Source: a virus. Taken from it: a DNA stretch of 64,000 nt. The DNA lies in the IMG/VR virus record IMGVR_UViG_3300004154_000012; one strand, 5' to 3'. Position 1 is the stretch's first letter. Every line of letters begins with the position of its first letter. Both the position numbers and the translations under genes were made by a program. The notes under the pieces are model-generated. The model did not search any database, was not told the DNA's origin, and was given only the letters and a program-made list of their open reading frames with translations. Below, piece by piece: positions 25,488-33,664 of the stretch.

Positions 25488-25939
25488 TGAGAGCTCGCTC
25501 CAGCGCGCAGCCGCGCCAGTTCGGTCACGGCGCCTTCGAATACCAGCGGCAGGGAGACCCTGGAGCGGACCTCCTGCATCATCCCCATCATGATCGCGAG
25601 GGCCACGCCGGCGTCGTCCACCGGCGTGGTGGAGTTGGCGATGGCCTCCTCGACGCGGGACGCCACGCGACGGAACTCCTCCGGGCTCGGATCGGCCAGG
25701 AGCTGGAGGAGCGGGTTCACGGGATAGATGGCCTCGCTCTCCGGGACGTTGACCAAGTCGAGCGGGTGTTCATCGGTGCCCGCATTGCCATCGGCCATGG
25801 TGTGGACCGTCCGCTCGCGGCCCGTGTCGTGAAGGTACAGGGCGATGATCGGGTACAGGCCCAGGCGATCGGCGCAAATGATCCGGGCGGGATAACCGCA
25901 ACGGGTCCGCACGGGCTTGGAGGTGTCGAGCACGTTCAT
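25484..25939 (-). CDS. hypothetical protein
   Basis: Start refined to ATG 25939 (MNVLDTSKP...), 3 nt after the upstream stop. Confidence 0.5.
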   Translation of the reverse strand: MNVLDTSKPVRTRCGYPARIICADRLGLYPIIALYLHDTGRERTVHTMADGNAGTDEHPLDLVNVPESEAIYPVNPLLQLLADPSPEEFRRVASRVEEAIANSTTPVDDAGVALAIMMGMMQEVRSRVSLPLVFEGAVTELARLRAGASSQ

Positions 25940-25941
25940 GG

Positions 25942-26427
25942 TCAATGTCTCCCGTATGTGGACAGCAGCGAGCGGGCGACTTCGCGGCCAAGCTCGGTCA
26001 GGAAGAAGAAGGCGCCGCACCACATGCCGGTGTTGCCATAGGCCTTCTCGCCATGCGGCCCGCTGAACAGCCCGAACTCCCACGACAAGCGGAGCAACCG
26101 GCGACCGTCGGAGGACGACGGATCGGTGCAAAAGTGGTTCCGATAGCCCTCTTTCCCCATAGGGACATCGGAGCCATAGGCATGCGCGATGATGTGGCGT
26201 TCTTTCGGGGTCAGATCGGCAACGAGGCGGTGTTCGTCGGGCAGGAGAACGTCGCTGTCGGGGGCGCGGCAGGCGCGCATATGGGACTTCCTTGCGTCAT
26301 GCGCGCCCACGTCATGCATGACCCGTAGCGTGGCGGCCTTTGCCTGGGCGGACGTGGGCGCGAAGACTGTTTCGCAACCATCGTACCCACGCACGATCAC
26401 CGCATAGGCCTTGCGCAGCCTCGGCAT
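25942..26427 (-). CDS. hypothetical protein
   Basis: Start refined to ATG 26427 (MPRLRKAY...), directly after the XRE gene stop. Confidence 0.5.
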   Translation of the reverse strand: MPRLRKAYAVIVRGYDGCETVFAPTSAQAKAATLRVMHDVGAHDARKSHMRACRAPDSDVLLPDEHRLVADLTPKERHIIAHAYGSDVPMGKEGYRNHFCTDPSSSDGRRLLRLSWEFGLFSGPHGEKAYGNTGMWCGAFFFLTELGREVARSLLSTYGRH

Positions 26428-26429
26428 GG

Positions 26430-26834
26430 TCACGCCTTCTGCGGTTCGCCCGCGACGGCGCTGGGGGCCATGGCGCGGCAGAGGTTGAAGATCGCGGTGC
26501 GGGCGCCGTCGTCCTGGATCAACGACCACTGATGCGCGAGCTTCCGAGCCGCCCGGTCGGTCGTGGCCAGGGTGTCGTCGCCCTGGTGCACGCCATCCAA
26601 CCCGTCGTAGAAGTAGGAGATTGGAACATCGAGGGCGCGGGCGAGCTGGACCAGCGCGCCAGCACTGATGCGGTTGCCGCCACGCTCGTACTTCTGCATC
26701 TGCTGGAACGAAACACCAACTTCGGCGCCAAGCTTCTGTTGGCTGACACCGCGCAGCTCGCGCAGCTCGCGCAACCGGTTCGCAATGTGCTGGTTGGCGA
26801 CCGCAGCGGCTGGGCATTTCAGGGCACGGGACAT
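26430..26834 (-). CDS. XRE-family helix-turn-helix regulator
   Basis: Start refined to ATG 26834. LRELRGVSQQKLGAEVGVSFQQMQKYERGGNRIS is a canonical Cro/CI-type HTH. Confidence 0.8.
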   Translation of the reverse strand: MSRALKCPAAAVANQHIANRLRELRELRGVSQQKLGAEVGVSFQQMQKYERGGNRISAGALVQLARALDVPISYFYDGLDGVHQGDDTLATTDRAARKLAHQWSLIQDDGARTAIFNLCRAMAPSAVAGEPQKA

Positions 26835-26842
26835 GGCGCAAT

Positions 26843-26872
26843 CCTTAGTAGGTAGGTAGCTAGGTATATATG
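26843..26872 (-). promoter_or_regulatory. dispersed element, copy c
   Basis: Reverse complement reads TATATACCTAGCTACCTACCTACTAAGG. It ends at the TAAGGA Shine-Dalgarno of the XRE gene. Confidence 0.6.
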
Positions 26873-26919
26873 GTTTAACCGGCCCACAGGGAGGGTGCGA
26901 GCCGGTCGCCGTTTGGACT

Positions 26920-27921
26920 TTAGTCGCGGCCGGAACGCGGGGTCTCCGGCCTGCCGAGGAACAGCGGCAGGCCGGTCTCCTCGCGGGCCTTCGCGCAGGC
27001 CTGCCGCAGCGCGTCATTGGACACCATGTCGGCACGGTAGAGTTCATAGAACCAGTTCAGGGTCGGGCCGACTTTCCGGTAGCGCAGCCGGACCACGACG
27101 CGGTACCGGGCGCCATGCTCGAAGACCGGGATGGCGATGCAGAAGAGGTTCGGCACATCCAGCTTCTGACCGGCGGAGTCGGTGTGCTCCGTCTCGAAGG
27201 TGATGTTGCCTTCACCGCTGGAGAGGTTCGTCGCCGCGACCACCTTGGCGTTCTCGTGGACCGCCAGACTGCGGGACAGGTCCATCAGGCGCTCGGGGCC
27301 CGCAAACCGGCCGTTGATCAGCGTGGCGAGGCGCTGGAGATGAGCATCGGCCTCCGAAATCTGCCCCTCGAAGGTCGGGGGCGGCAAAATGTCGATGCCA
27401 CGATCCTCCAGAAAGCTCGCGAACTCGGTCTGCGTCATCTTCCGACCGTTGTTCGTCGTCCAGGCCTTCCACTCGTCCGCCAGCGGGAACTCGTACAGGA
27501 CGCGGTGCCGGCCGAACCGGGGCAGGGCATCGGGGCGGAAATCTGTCAGGCCTTCGGTGTCGTCGGGGGCAGGCGGGACGTTGACACGCTCGTGATAGTC
27601 GAGCACGGCCAACAGCGACGGGCTGGGGGCGTTCGCATCGGCGAACAGGGCCGTGTTGTCGTCCTTGAAGCGGTTCGTCAGAGCGATGAAGGAGTCCAGG
27701 TCCTGCATCACAGCCGTGCCTTCGCGGCGATCCGGGCGCTGACGGTATTCCTCCAGGAAGGGCCGGACCGACTTGGCCTCAAGCCCCTTGGGCACGAGCA
27801 TGATCTCGACCTGCTCCTCGTGCCCGGCGACAAAGCCGACGCGCTGGAGAGCCGCGCCTTCGGACATATGCTGAAGAAGAAATTGGCCGAGACCGGCGAG
27901 GTTGCTTTCGGTGGGAACCAT
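26920..27921 (-). CDS. conserved phage protein (DUF2303/YfdQ-like, tentative)
   Basis: 333 aa. The DLDSFIALTNRFKDDNTALFAD...LAVLDYHE pattern resembles YfdQ-type proteins as I recall them. Confidence 0.55.
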   Translation of the reverse strand: MVPTESNLAGLGQFLLQHMSEGAALQRVGFVAGHEEQVEIMLVPKGLEAKSVRPFLEEYRQRPDRREGTAVMQDLDSFIALTNRFKDDNTALFADANAPSPSLLAVLDYHERVNVPPAPDDTEGLTDFRPDALPRFGRHRVLYEFPLADEWKAWTTNNGRKMTQTEFASFLEDRGIDILPPPTFEGQISEADAHLQRLATLINGRFAGPERLMDLSRSLAVHENAKVVAATNLSSGEGNITFETEHTDSAGQKLDVPNLFCIAIPVFEHGARYRVVVRLRYRKVGPTLNWFYELYRADMVSNDALRQACAKAREETGLPLFLGRPETPRSGRD

Positions 27922-27977
27922 AATTTGTCTCGCTGATGAAGGTGACAGGGCAGACCAGCGCCGGACGGCGCCGGCGA

Positions 27978-28343
27978 TTAGACGGCGCGCACGTCGGTTT
28001 CGCGGGCGTTCACGTCGCGGAAGGGCAGTTCCTGCTGCTTGGGGTTCTTCCGGGACAGGTGGTTGCCCGGGGTGGCGTACATGACCGTCTTGCGACGGTA
28101 CTGCTTGGGCTTTGTCACCTTGACGTCGGCCTTCGTTTCGATGACGCCGCTGTCCAGGACGAAATCAAGCTTCAGGACCAGCGTTCCCTTCGGCTTTCCG
28201 CCCTGATTGGCGACGGCGTCATTCAGGGCGGCGACAATTTCGCGCACCTGGTCGGACAGATCATTGGACAGATCGCCATCCTCAAGGGTGGCGATCAACG
28301 AGGCAAAGGACCGGCTGGCCTCGTCAGCGGGGGTTAAGGACAT
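27978..28343 (-). CDS. hypothetical protein
   Basis: Start refined to ATG 28343 (MSLTPADEAS...). 121 aa. Confidence 0.5.
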   Translation of the reverse strand: MSLTPADEASRSFASLIATLEDGDLSNDLSDQVREIVAALNDAVANQGGKPKGTLVLKLDFVLDSGVIETKADVKVTKPKQYRRKTVMYATPGNHLSRKNPKQQELPFRDVNARETDVRAV

Positions 28344-28430
28344 GGAGAACGCGCTCCGGTGGGGGCCAAGGCCCGTGGCGATAGGCGAAGACCACGGCGG
28401 GTCTCCTCCGGCTTGCGCGAGCACCTACTC

Positions 28431-28645
28431 CATAGGAATAATGGCGCTCGCCATTGTGTTTGCCCACAATGCCTATGCTCATTTCCTACGTCAAGGGCGG
28501 TTGCACAATCGTGGAAGATTCCGCTTAGAGGTGCGTATATAGACAAAAAAATGACCGGGTGGCATGCGCCGCCCCGGCCTGGAGGTGTGGGAGAACGATC
28601 GAGGATGCGACCGCGATACATAGGATATTACGGAACTTTCCTACG
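28431..28645. promoter_or_regulatory. early regulatory region with C(G/A)TAGGA half-sites and nested palindromes
   Basis: CATAGGAAT 28431, CCTATG 28472, TTTCCTACG 28483, CATAGGATAT 28619, TTTCCTACG 28637. Palindromes AATGGCG..CGCCATT and CATTGTG-N6-CACAATG. Minus-strand TTGACG at 28489-28494. Confidence 0.5.
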
Positions 28646-28813
28646 CACAATCATTCCGTGGTCGCCGTCAGGAGAATCGCCAGCCGACGCCGTATCGGCA
28701 AACAGCCACGCCAAGTCCCAGCGGTCATGTTCGGCCGTGCCATCCAGATAGGGGTTCGCCGCCCGTAGGAGCCCAGCCTGTCGGGCCGCGACGGCGACGG
28801 CGGCCTCGTTCAC
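28628..28813 (-). CDS. hypothetical small protein
   Basis: 61 aa. GTG start overlaps the upstream TGA (GTGA). Confidence 0.4.
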   Translation of the reverse strand: MNEAAVAVAARQAGLLRAANPYLDGTAEHDRWDLAWLFADTASAGDSPDGDHGMIVRRKVP

Positions 28814-28995
28814 TCTTCAGGCGCCCGGACGGCACAGCGACGGCGAGCCTTCTCCGGCTCATCCGCAACCGGCTTCTCCGCCGCCGGGAAGCGGTAATGG
28901 CGCGCGTTCAGGTCTCGCAGCTTCTGCATGCGTTCGATGCGCTTCCGCTCCAGCTCCGCCGCCAACCCGGCATGCTTGTTGGGCTGCCACGTCAC
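28810..28995 (-). CDS. hypothetical small basic protein
   Basis: GTG 28995 overlaps the TGA of the HTH gene (CTCGTGACG). VTWQPNKHAGLAAELERKRIE... Low support. Confidence 0.3.
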   Translation of the reverse strand: MTWQPNKHAGLAAELERKRIERMQKLRDLNARHYRFPAAEKPVADEPEKARRRCAVRAPEE

Positions 28996-29201
28996 GAGCG
29001 GGCCTCCTGCTGCGCGGCCAGCCATGTATCCAGGTCGGACGCGCGATAGCAGATGCGGCGCTCGCCGATGCGGACGAAGGGCGGGCCACCAGCTTCGGAT
29101 GCGCGAAGGCGCTGGAGGGTCCGACGGCTGATGCGGAGCGATGCGGCGGCCTCGTCCTGCGACAGCAGTTTCAAAGGGGACGCGATTGTCTCGGTGGTCA
29201 T
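28992..29201 (-). CDS. AlpA/excisionase-family HTH DNA-binding protein
   Basis: 69 aa. LLSQDEAAASLRISRRTLQRLRA...FVRIGERRICYRASDLDTWL is the typical AlpA/Xis-type winged HTH. Confidence 0.65.
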   Translation of the reverse strand: MTTETIASPLKLLSQDEAAASLRISRRTLQRLRASEAGGPPFVRIGERRICYRASDLDTWLAAQQEARS

Positions 29202-29241
29202 GGCGTGTCATGTCGTGGCCGATTATGACCCACAGGCTTCC

Positions 29242-29249
29242 GTCACGAC
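29242..29249 (-). promoter_or_regulatory. GTCGTGAC junction motif copy
   Basis: 40 nt upstream of ATG 29201, and 40 nt downstream of the 34-bp palindrome (29289-29322). Confidence 0.6.
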
Positions 29250-29288
29250 CCATCGCGGAATAGCGCCGTCGCGGCCCACTTGCTACCG

Positions 29289-29322
29289 AACTCAGTACGA
29301 AATGTATCTTTTGTACCGAGTT
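29289..29322. promoter_or_regulatory. 34-bp imperfect palindrome, copy 2 of 2
   Basis: AACTCAGTACGAAATGTATCTTTTGTACCGAGTT. It has the same length as 20044-20077 and the same ends (AACTCAGTAC...GAGTT). Confidence 0.5.
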
Positions 29323-29382
29323 GTGGACATGGAAAAGGGGGTGTACCAGCCGTACACCCCCTTTCCAACACCGCGCCGCCAG

Positions 29383-29613
29383 TCAGGTGGCGGGGGTGAA
29401 ATCCAGGAAGTACTCCTTGCCCTGCTCGAACAGGCCGAAGGCGGCGGGGTTGCTGATCGTCATGGTCAGGTTGCCGCCGGGCGTCGCGGTCGACCAGGTG
29501 TAATTCGGGTCGGCCGGGTCGCTGGAGTAGACCGCGTGGAGCTGGGCGGTTTCGGTCTTCCCGTCCTGGGACCGATAGACATAGAAGCAGCGGAATTTGG
29601 CCCGAACGGTCAT
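29383..29613 (-). CDS. hypothetical small protein
   Basis: 76 aa with a strong SD (AAGGAGGGG). Beta-rich composition. No motif recognised. Confidence 0.5.
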   Translation of the reverse strand: MTVRAKFRCFYVYRSQDGKTETAQLHAVYSSDPADPNYTWSTATPGGNLTMTISNPAAFGLFEQGKEYFLDFTPAT

Positions 29614-29686
29614 GATGATGGCCCCTCCTTGGGGCTGCGATGGTGCGTGGGTGCAATGCCTCGATCTTGAGGACCATCAGCTTCGC

Positions 29687-29694
29687 GTCACGAC
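29687..29694 (-). promoter_or_regulatory. GTCGTGAC junction motif copy
   Basis: Begins 6 nt after the terminator feature 29701-29740 (12 nt after the first U of its U-tract). 73 nt upstream of ATG 29613. Confidence 0.6.
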
Positions 29695-29700
29695 CGCTGG

Positions 29701-29740
29701 CCAGAAAAGCATAGGGCCGCCCGGTTGGGGCGGCCCTATG
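29701..29740 (-). terminator. intrinsic terminator
   Basis: Minus strand: CATAGGGCCGCCC-CAACC-GGGCGGCCCTATG (13-bp GC-rich stem) followed by CTTTTCTGG. Confidence 0.65.
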
Positions 29741-29872
29741 GCACGGTCGAGACCATTTCCCGCAAGCGCGCATCTACCCCTGAGAGGGCTCGATGGTCTC
29801 TTTGTTCGCCGCGGCGCCGGCACGCCACCCAGGATCTCCTCTCAGGCCCTGACCGCTCCCATGGGAGCCAGA

Positions 29873-30460
29873 TCAGAAGGTCGTCACGACCGGCCCAGCG
29901 CCATCATCAGCGTTGGCCCGGCGCAGAAGGATGTCCCCGTGGCAGGGGGAGCCCAAGCGACACCAGCAGCCCAAATTGCGCCCGCGGAGCTGGGGCAGGG
30001 CGTCGAGGACACGTCGGGCATGATCGGGAGCCGGCACGAAGGCCAGCACCACCCCCGTCTCCGGGCCGCACGCGAAGGTCTCGCCGCCCGGGTTGCTCAG
30101 GTATCGGTCATAGTAGGCGACTGCGGCCGCGACGTGCTCCGGGTTCTTGGGGTCGATCGGCCGGAACGGATTCCCCAATAGCTTGTTCGTGCGGTCGACC
30201 TTGACGGTTCCGGGCGGCAGCCGGGCACCGCGCCGACGGGAAAGTTGGAGGCGTTGGGGCTGGCCGGTCTCCAGCCCCCCCATGACAAGGGTGCGGCGGC
30301 ATCTCGGACAGGTCACAGCGTCGGGCCTGAGTGTCCATGTCGCACGGACCAGATCAACGGCGCGCGGTTTGACGAAGCACGCCGCTGAAACGCCTCCAGC
30401 ACCGTTGACAGCGGCGGCCATATGGACGATCCGCGTTGGCACCGTGGGGTGGTCATGCAT
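29873..30460 (-). CDS. DUF4326-like protein
   Basis: Start refined to ATG 30460. LLGNPFRP, then ...LRGRNLGCWCRLGSPCHGDILL at the C-terminus, matches the DUF4326 pattern as I recall it. Confidence 0.55.
   Translation of the reverse strand: MHDHPTVPTRIVHMAAAVNGAGGVSAACFVKPRAVDLVRATWTLRPDAVTCPRCRRTLVMGGLETGQPQRLQLSRRRGARLPPGTVKVDRTNKLLGNPFRPIDPKNPEHVAAAVAYYDRYLSNPGGETFACGPETGVVLAFVPAPDHARRVLDALPQLRGRNLGCWCRLGSPCHGDILLRRANADDGAGPVVTTF
29883..29890 (-). promoter_or_regulatory. GTCGTGAC motif copy in the last codons of the DUF4326-like gene
   Basis: Encodes ...PVVTTF*, so it may be coding coincidence or a functional copy ahead of the 260-nt gap. Confidence 0.35.
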
Positions 30461-31064
30461 GAGTTCGCTCCTCCGACCAGGACCGCCACAGCCGCGGTAC
30501 GATGCTGTCCGCGACATAGAGCGGGTGCCTCGGCACTCCATCGTGCGATTCCGCGATGGTGTACAGGTCATGGCCGGCTGCCTGGAGCATGCCGGCGACC
30601 GCCCATCCGCGCTGGCGGAGGGCGGCGACCTTTGGCTTCCCGTAGGCCATCACCACTAGGTCGGCTCGCGCCGCAGCCGTCAAAATGTGGGTATCGTTGT
30701 CCGGCCCGATCGGGTCCTCCACCTCCGCCAAGCGCGCCTGATCCTTGGCGCGGTAGGCGAAGGTATTGGCGACCACCAGCCGACCAAAGGCCCGCGGGAG
30801 GCCCTTCCAGGGCCAGCTCCGCACCTTCCTCGTGATGCCCTTGATCGTCATATCGTCGCGCAGCGGGTCAGCACAGCTCGGGTTCATCATCACGAACATG
30901 GCGGTCAGGCCGCCGAGCGACCATTCACGGGTGAGGAGATAGCGGTAGCAGTCCCGCTCCCCACCGAAGACGGCCGTTCCCTCGACATCGGGCGCCAGCG
31001 GGAACGAGCGCCCACCCGGATCATGAACGTCCGGCAGAAGGCCGGGAATGTTTGGGTTAGCCAT
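30453..31064 (-). CDS. DUF1643-like protein
   Basis: Start refined to ATG 31064 (MANPNIPG...). CYRYLLTREW, FVMMNPSCAD, DPIGPDND, VVMAYGKP and GVPRHPLY blocks. Confidence 0.6.
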   Translation of the reverse strand: MANPNIPGLLPDVHDPGGRSFPLAPDVEGTAVFGGERDCYRYLLTREWSLGGLTAMFVMMNPSCADPLRDDMTIKGITRKVRSWPWKGLPRAFGRLVVANTFAYRAKDQARLAEVEDPIGPDNDTHILTAAARADLVVMAYGKPKVAALRQRGWAVAGMLQAAGHDLYTIAESHDGVPRHPLYVADSIVPRLWRSWSEERTHA

Positions 31065-31129
31065 TACCCCGCTCCCTCCCATACGCCCACCACAGTTTCT
31101 CCGACAGCCGATCTTTCTCGTCCACAAGC

Positions 31130-31311
31130 GGACGGCCTGGCCCGCCTTGGTCAGCCCGACATACTTCGGCGCCGCCCTTTCCGCCCATACGCTCAAGGCG
31201 CGCGGCCTCGCCCATGGCATAGCAGTTGGTGCAGCCGAACGAGACCACAGAACAGCCGGCCAGCGGGTTCCAGGTCGCATCGGCCCACTCGATCCCGGTC
31301 TTGTCACCCAT
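31130..31311 (-). pseudogene. frameshifted 5' fragment of a second DUF5131 (gp37/gp68) gene
   Basis: MGDKTGIEWADATWNPLAGCSVVSFGCTNCYAMGEAARLERMGGKGGA parallels the intact copy at 34876. One extra nt after GGKGGA moves the homologous reading (KYVGLTKAGQ) into the DUF1643 ORF frame. Similarity then ends. Confidence 0.6.
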
Positions 31312-32746
31312 GGGTCTTCTCCTTCGGCTCGGCGTCCGTCGGCAGGGCCACCACCCAACGGTTCTTTTCTTGATCCAGAGTCATCGGCACCACGGCCGCC
31401 GCTTGGCGCACCGCGCGCTCCGGGGAATCGAGTGCTGCAAAGACAATGCGGGCCAGGGCCTCGTCCAGCGGCAAGTCCGGCGCGTTGGCCAGCTCGGACA
31501 GGTCTTCCAGCGTCAGATGCTGTCCGCCGGCCGCCGCAGGCGAAGCCTTCAGCGAGTCCCACAGTGCGATGATCCGCCGAAGGTCGGAGAAGGTGACTTT
31601 CATCGCACCCGACGCAAACCCTTCCGGCTCCTTCGCCCAGCCCACCAGGAGGCGTCGCGCGTGCCGCACGAAAGGATCAATTGCCTCCATGGCCTGGACC
31701 ACGTCGACGGCAGGTGCACTCCACACCATCGGCACCTGGAACTGCCCCGCGTCCTCCTCAATGGTTAGCATCTCGATGTCGTTGGGCTTCACCGGACCCT
31801 TGATAAAGGCTGCGGTAGGTGCTTTCAGCGCTTCCACCGCGCGCTCCATCCCCGCGACACGCACGAGCAACAGGTCGCGCTCTGCCTCCGCGTCCACGCA
31901 GCGCAGCACCACCCATCGCTCCAGCAGTTCCAGACGCTCCTTGTGCTTCGCCTCCGCCACCACTTTGAAGGCTCGACAGCGGCCGGGATAGCACCCGCCC
32001 AGCTCCTCGCGCAGACGCATCACCAGCTTCGGAGACGCATCCCCGTCGCCGTGCTCGACCCACAGGCGCTCCAGCTCGTCAGCAGCGGCATGCATGACCG
32101 TCACCCGGTCGCCGGCCTGCCGCTCCAGCTCGGTCGCCCGCCCTTCGGCCGCCTCCAGGCGCTCCAGCAACCAGACCACCAGGTCGGCATGGTCGGGCCA
32201 TTCCATGGCCCGGCCCGTGGCAGCCTGCCAACGCTCAATGGCCCGCACGTCCGCCCGTTGGCGCAGATCGAAGGACGCCGTCAGGTCGTCGGCCCGCGCC
32301 TCCGCCCGGCGCCGACGGTACATCTCGCACAACCGCGCATCCTCCAATTCCATGGTGCGGCGGCCCAATGCAGCCTCTGCGGCCCCCAGGTCGATCCGGA
32401 GGTCGGTGATGGTCCGCTCCAGGACCTGCCGACGCTGGACCTGCCGATTGCTCGCCTCACGCATCGCGTCGACACAACCGGCATGGGCCCTCCGCTCCTT
32501 CGCCAGATGCGCCAGCAGCACCCCCAACGCATTCGCCAGCACGAGCCCGCTCACGTCGGGGTGGAGGAAGCGGGGGACGAGCGCCGCTATCTCCTCCAGG
32601 TCGGATTCCGTCAGATCCTCCGGCCACTCGTTTCGCCGGCGCTTCGCCGGGTTGATGTACCAGCGCTGGAAAGCGTCGAAAGTCTTCCGCGCGGGGGCGT
32701 CCGCGACGGGCGCCACGGAAGGGGCGGCAGAGGGGACGGCGGTCAT
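31304..32746 (-). CDS. hypothetical coiled-coil protein
   Basis: About 480 aa (start ATG 32746, ATGA overlap). Long Arg/Glu/Ala-rich heptad-like stretches. No enzymatic motif. Confidence 0.55.
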   Translation of the reverse strand: MTAVPSAAPSVAPVADAPARKTFDAFQRWYINPAKRRRNEWPEDLTESDLEEIAALVPRFLHPDVSGLVLANALGVLLAHLAKERRAHAGCVDAMREASNRQVQRRQVLERTITDLRIDLGAAEAALGRRTMELEDARLCEMYRRRRAEARADDLTASFDLRQRADVRAIERWQAATGRAMEWPDHADLVVWLLERLEAAEGRATELERQAGDRVTVMHAAADELERLWVEHGDGDASPKLVMRLREELGGCYPGRCRAFKVVAEAKHKERLELLERWVVLRCVDAEAERDLLLVRVAGMERAVEALKAPTAAFIKGPVKPNDIEMLTIEEDAGQFQVPMVWSAPAVDVVQAMEAIDPFVRHARRLLVGWAKEPEGFASGAMKVTFSDLRRIIALWDSLKASPAAAGGQHLTLEDLSELANAPDLPLDEALARIVFAALDSPERAVRQAAAVVPMTLDQEKNRWVVALPTDAEPKEKTHG

Positions 32747-33462
32747 CAAGCGGCACTCCAAAGGGGGGTGAGATAGAACCCGGCGGCCGCCAGCCGTTGG
32801 CGCGCCCGGCGGGCGTGCTTGCGTGCTGTGGCCCCGCAGCGGTCGATGAGGGTGTTGTTGTGGTCGCCATGGGCTTCGCCGTCATCGAGGAGGCGGCGCA
32901 CAAGCGTGTTGTAGCCAAGGTCGTACCCACCGTTATCCGGATAGGTCCAAACCCGGCTGTCGAGGAGGTCCTGGTTAAGCAAGGCCACCAAGTGGAGCGG
33001 GGTAACGATCGTCCGGCCGACAAAGCCACCCAAAACGATGTTCTGCGCCCGGTCCAGTTCAGGCCGCCATGCCTCCTCCGGCAGCCCCATGAAGGGCGCG
33101 GACCATGCGCCTTCGAGGTTGGCCAGCACCTCCTCGATGAACTCGCGGTCGGTGACGGGATCCGTGGCAATAGCCTTGGCCAGCTCCCACGCCAGCCGGG
33201 CCGGCAGCGCCTTCTCGATCCGCGCGACCAAATCAGCCGAAATGGCCATCATGGTCATGCCCTCCAGAACTTGCACGGCGGCAGGCGGCCCAGACGGCCC
33301 AGCGGTCAGATGCTCGGCCACGGCCAGATCGGCAGCACCCCGGGCTAAGAAGGAGCGCTCAACCATGCCGCAGGCGAGGTCACTGAAGCGCTGGAGCGCT
33401 TGCGGATCGCCGACGTCGGGCACGCTTATGGTGCCGGTGGGGGCGAGGTTGATATGCTTCAT
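32746..33462 (-). CDS. hypothetical protein
   Basis: 238-aa ORF preceded by a 200-nt AT-richer gap. Confidence 0.5.
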   Translation of the reverse strand: MKHINLAPTGTISVPDVGDPQALQRFSDLACGMVERSFLARGAADLAVAEHLTAGPSGPPAAVQVLEGMTMMAISADLVARIEKALPARLAWELAKAIATDPVTDREFIEEVLANLEGAWSAPFMGLPEEAWRPELDRAQNIVLGGFVGRTIVTPLHLVALLNQDLLDSRVWTYPDNGGYDLGYNTLVRRLLDDGEAHGDHNNTLIDRCGATARKHARRARQRLAAAGFYLTPLWSAA

Positions 33463-33664
33463 GGGTCAATTCCCGTTAGGAATGGGTAAAGGACAGTTGT
33501 CCGCCTTGGAAAAGTGCCGATTTTCCATATATCATATTAGACGTTTTTGCTCGGCGGCAGAAAACCAGGGTTTACAAGGGGTCCAGAGATTATGAAGGTC
33601 GGTTGAAGATAGGACTATAATCAGCCACCATATCTTGGGGGTGGGGTGTCTCGCCGCCCCTCCG

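Noticed and set aside
28359-28751. Plus-strand ORFs (130 aa and 69 aa) in the 28344-28627 gap.
   Set aside because: They have odd composition and no SD, and they run through the palindromes and half-sites of an evident leftward promoter/operator region.
20044-29322. The 34-bp palindromes as SOS (LexA) boxes.
   Set aside because: They match neither the alphaproteobacterial GTTC-N7-GTTC direct-repeat box nor the CTGT-N8-ACAG box.
29243-29773. A 176-aa minus-strand ORF spanning the terminator region.
   Set aside because: It reads through the terminator hairpin, overlaps the well-supported 76-aa gene in another frame, and is Arg/Pro/Gly-rich.
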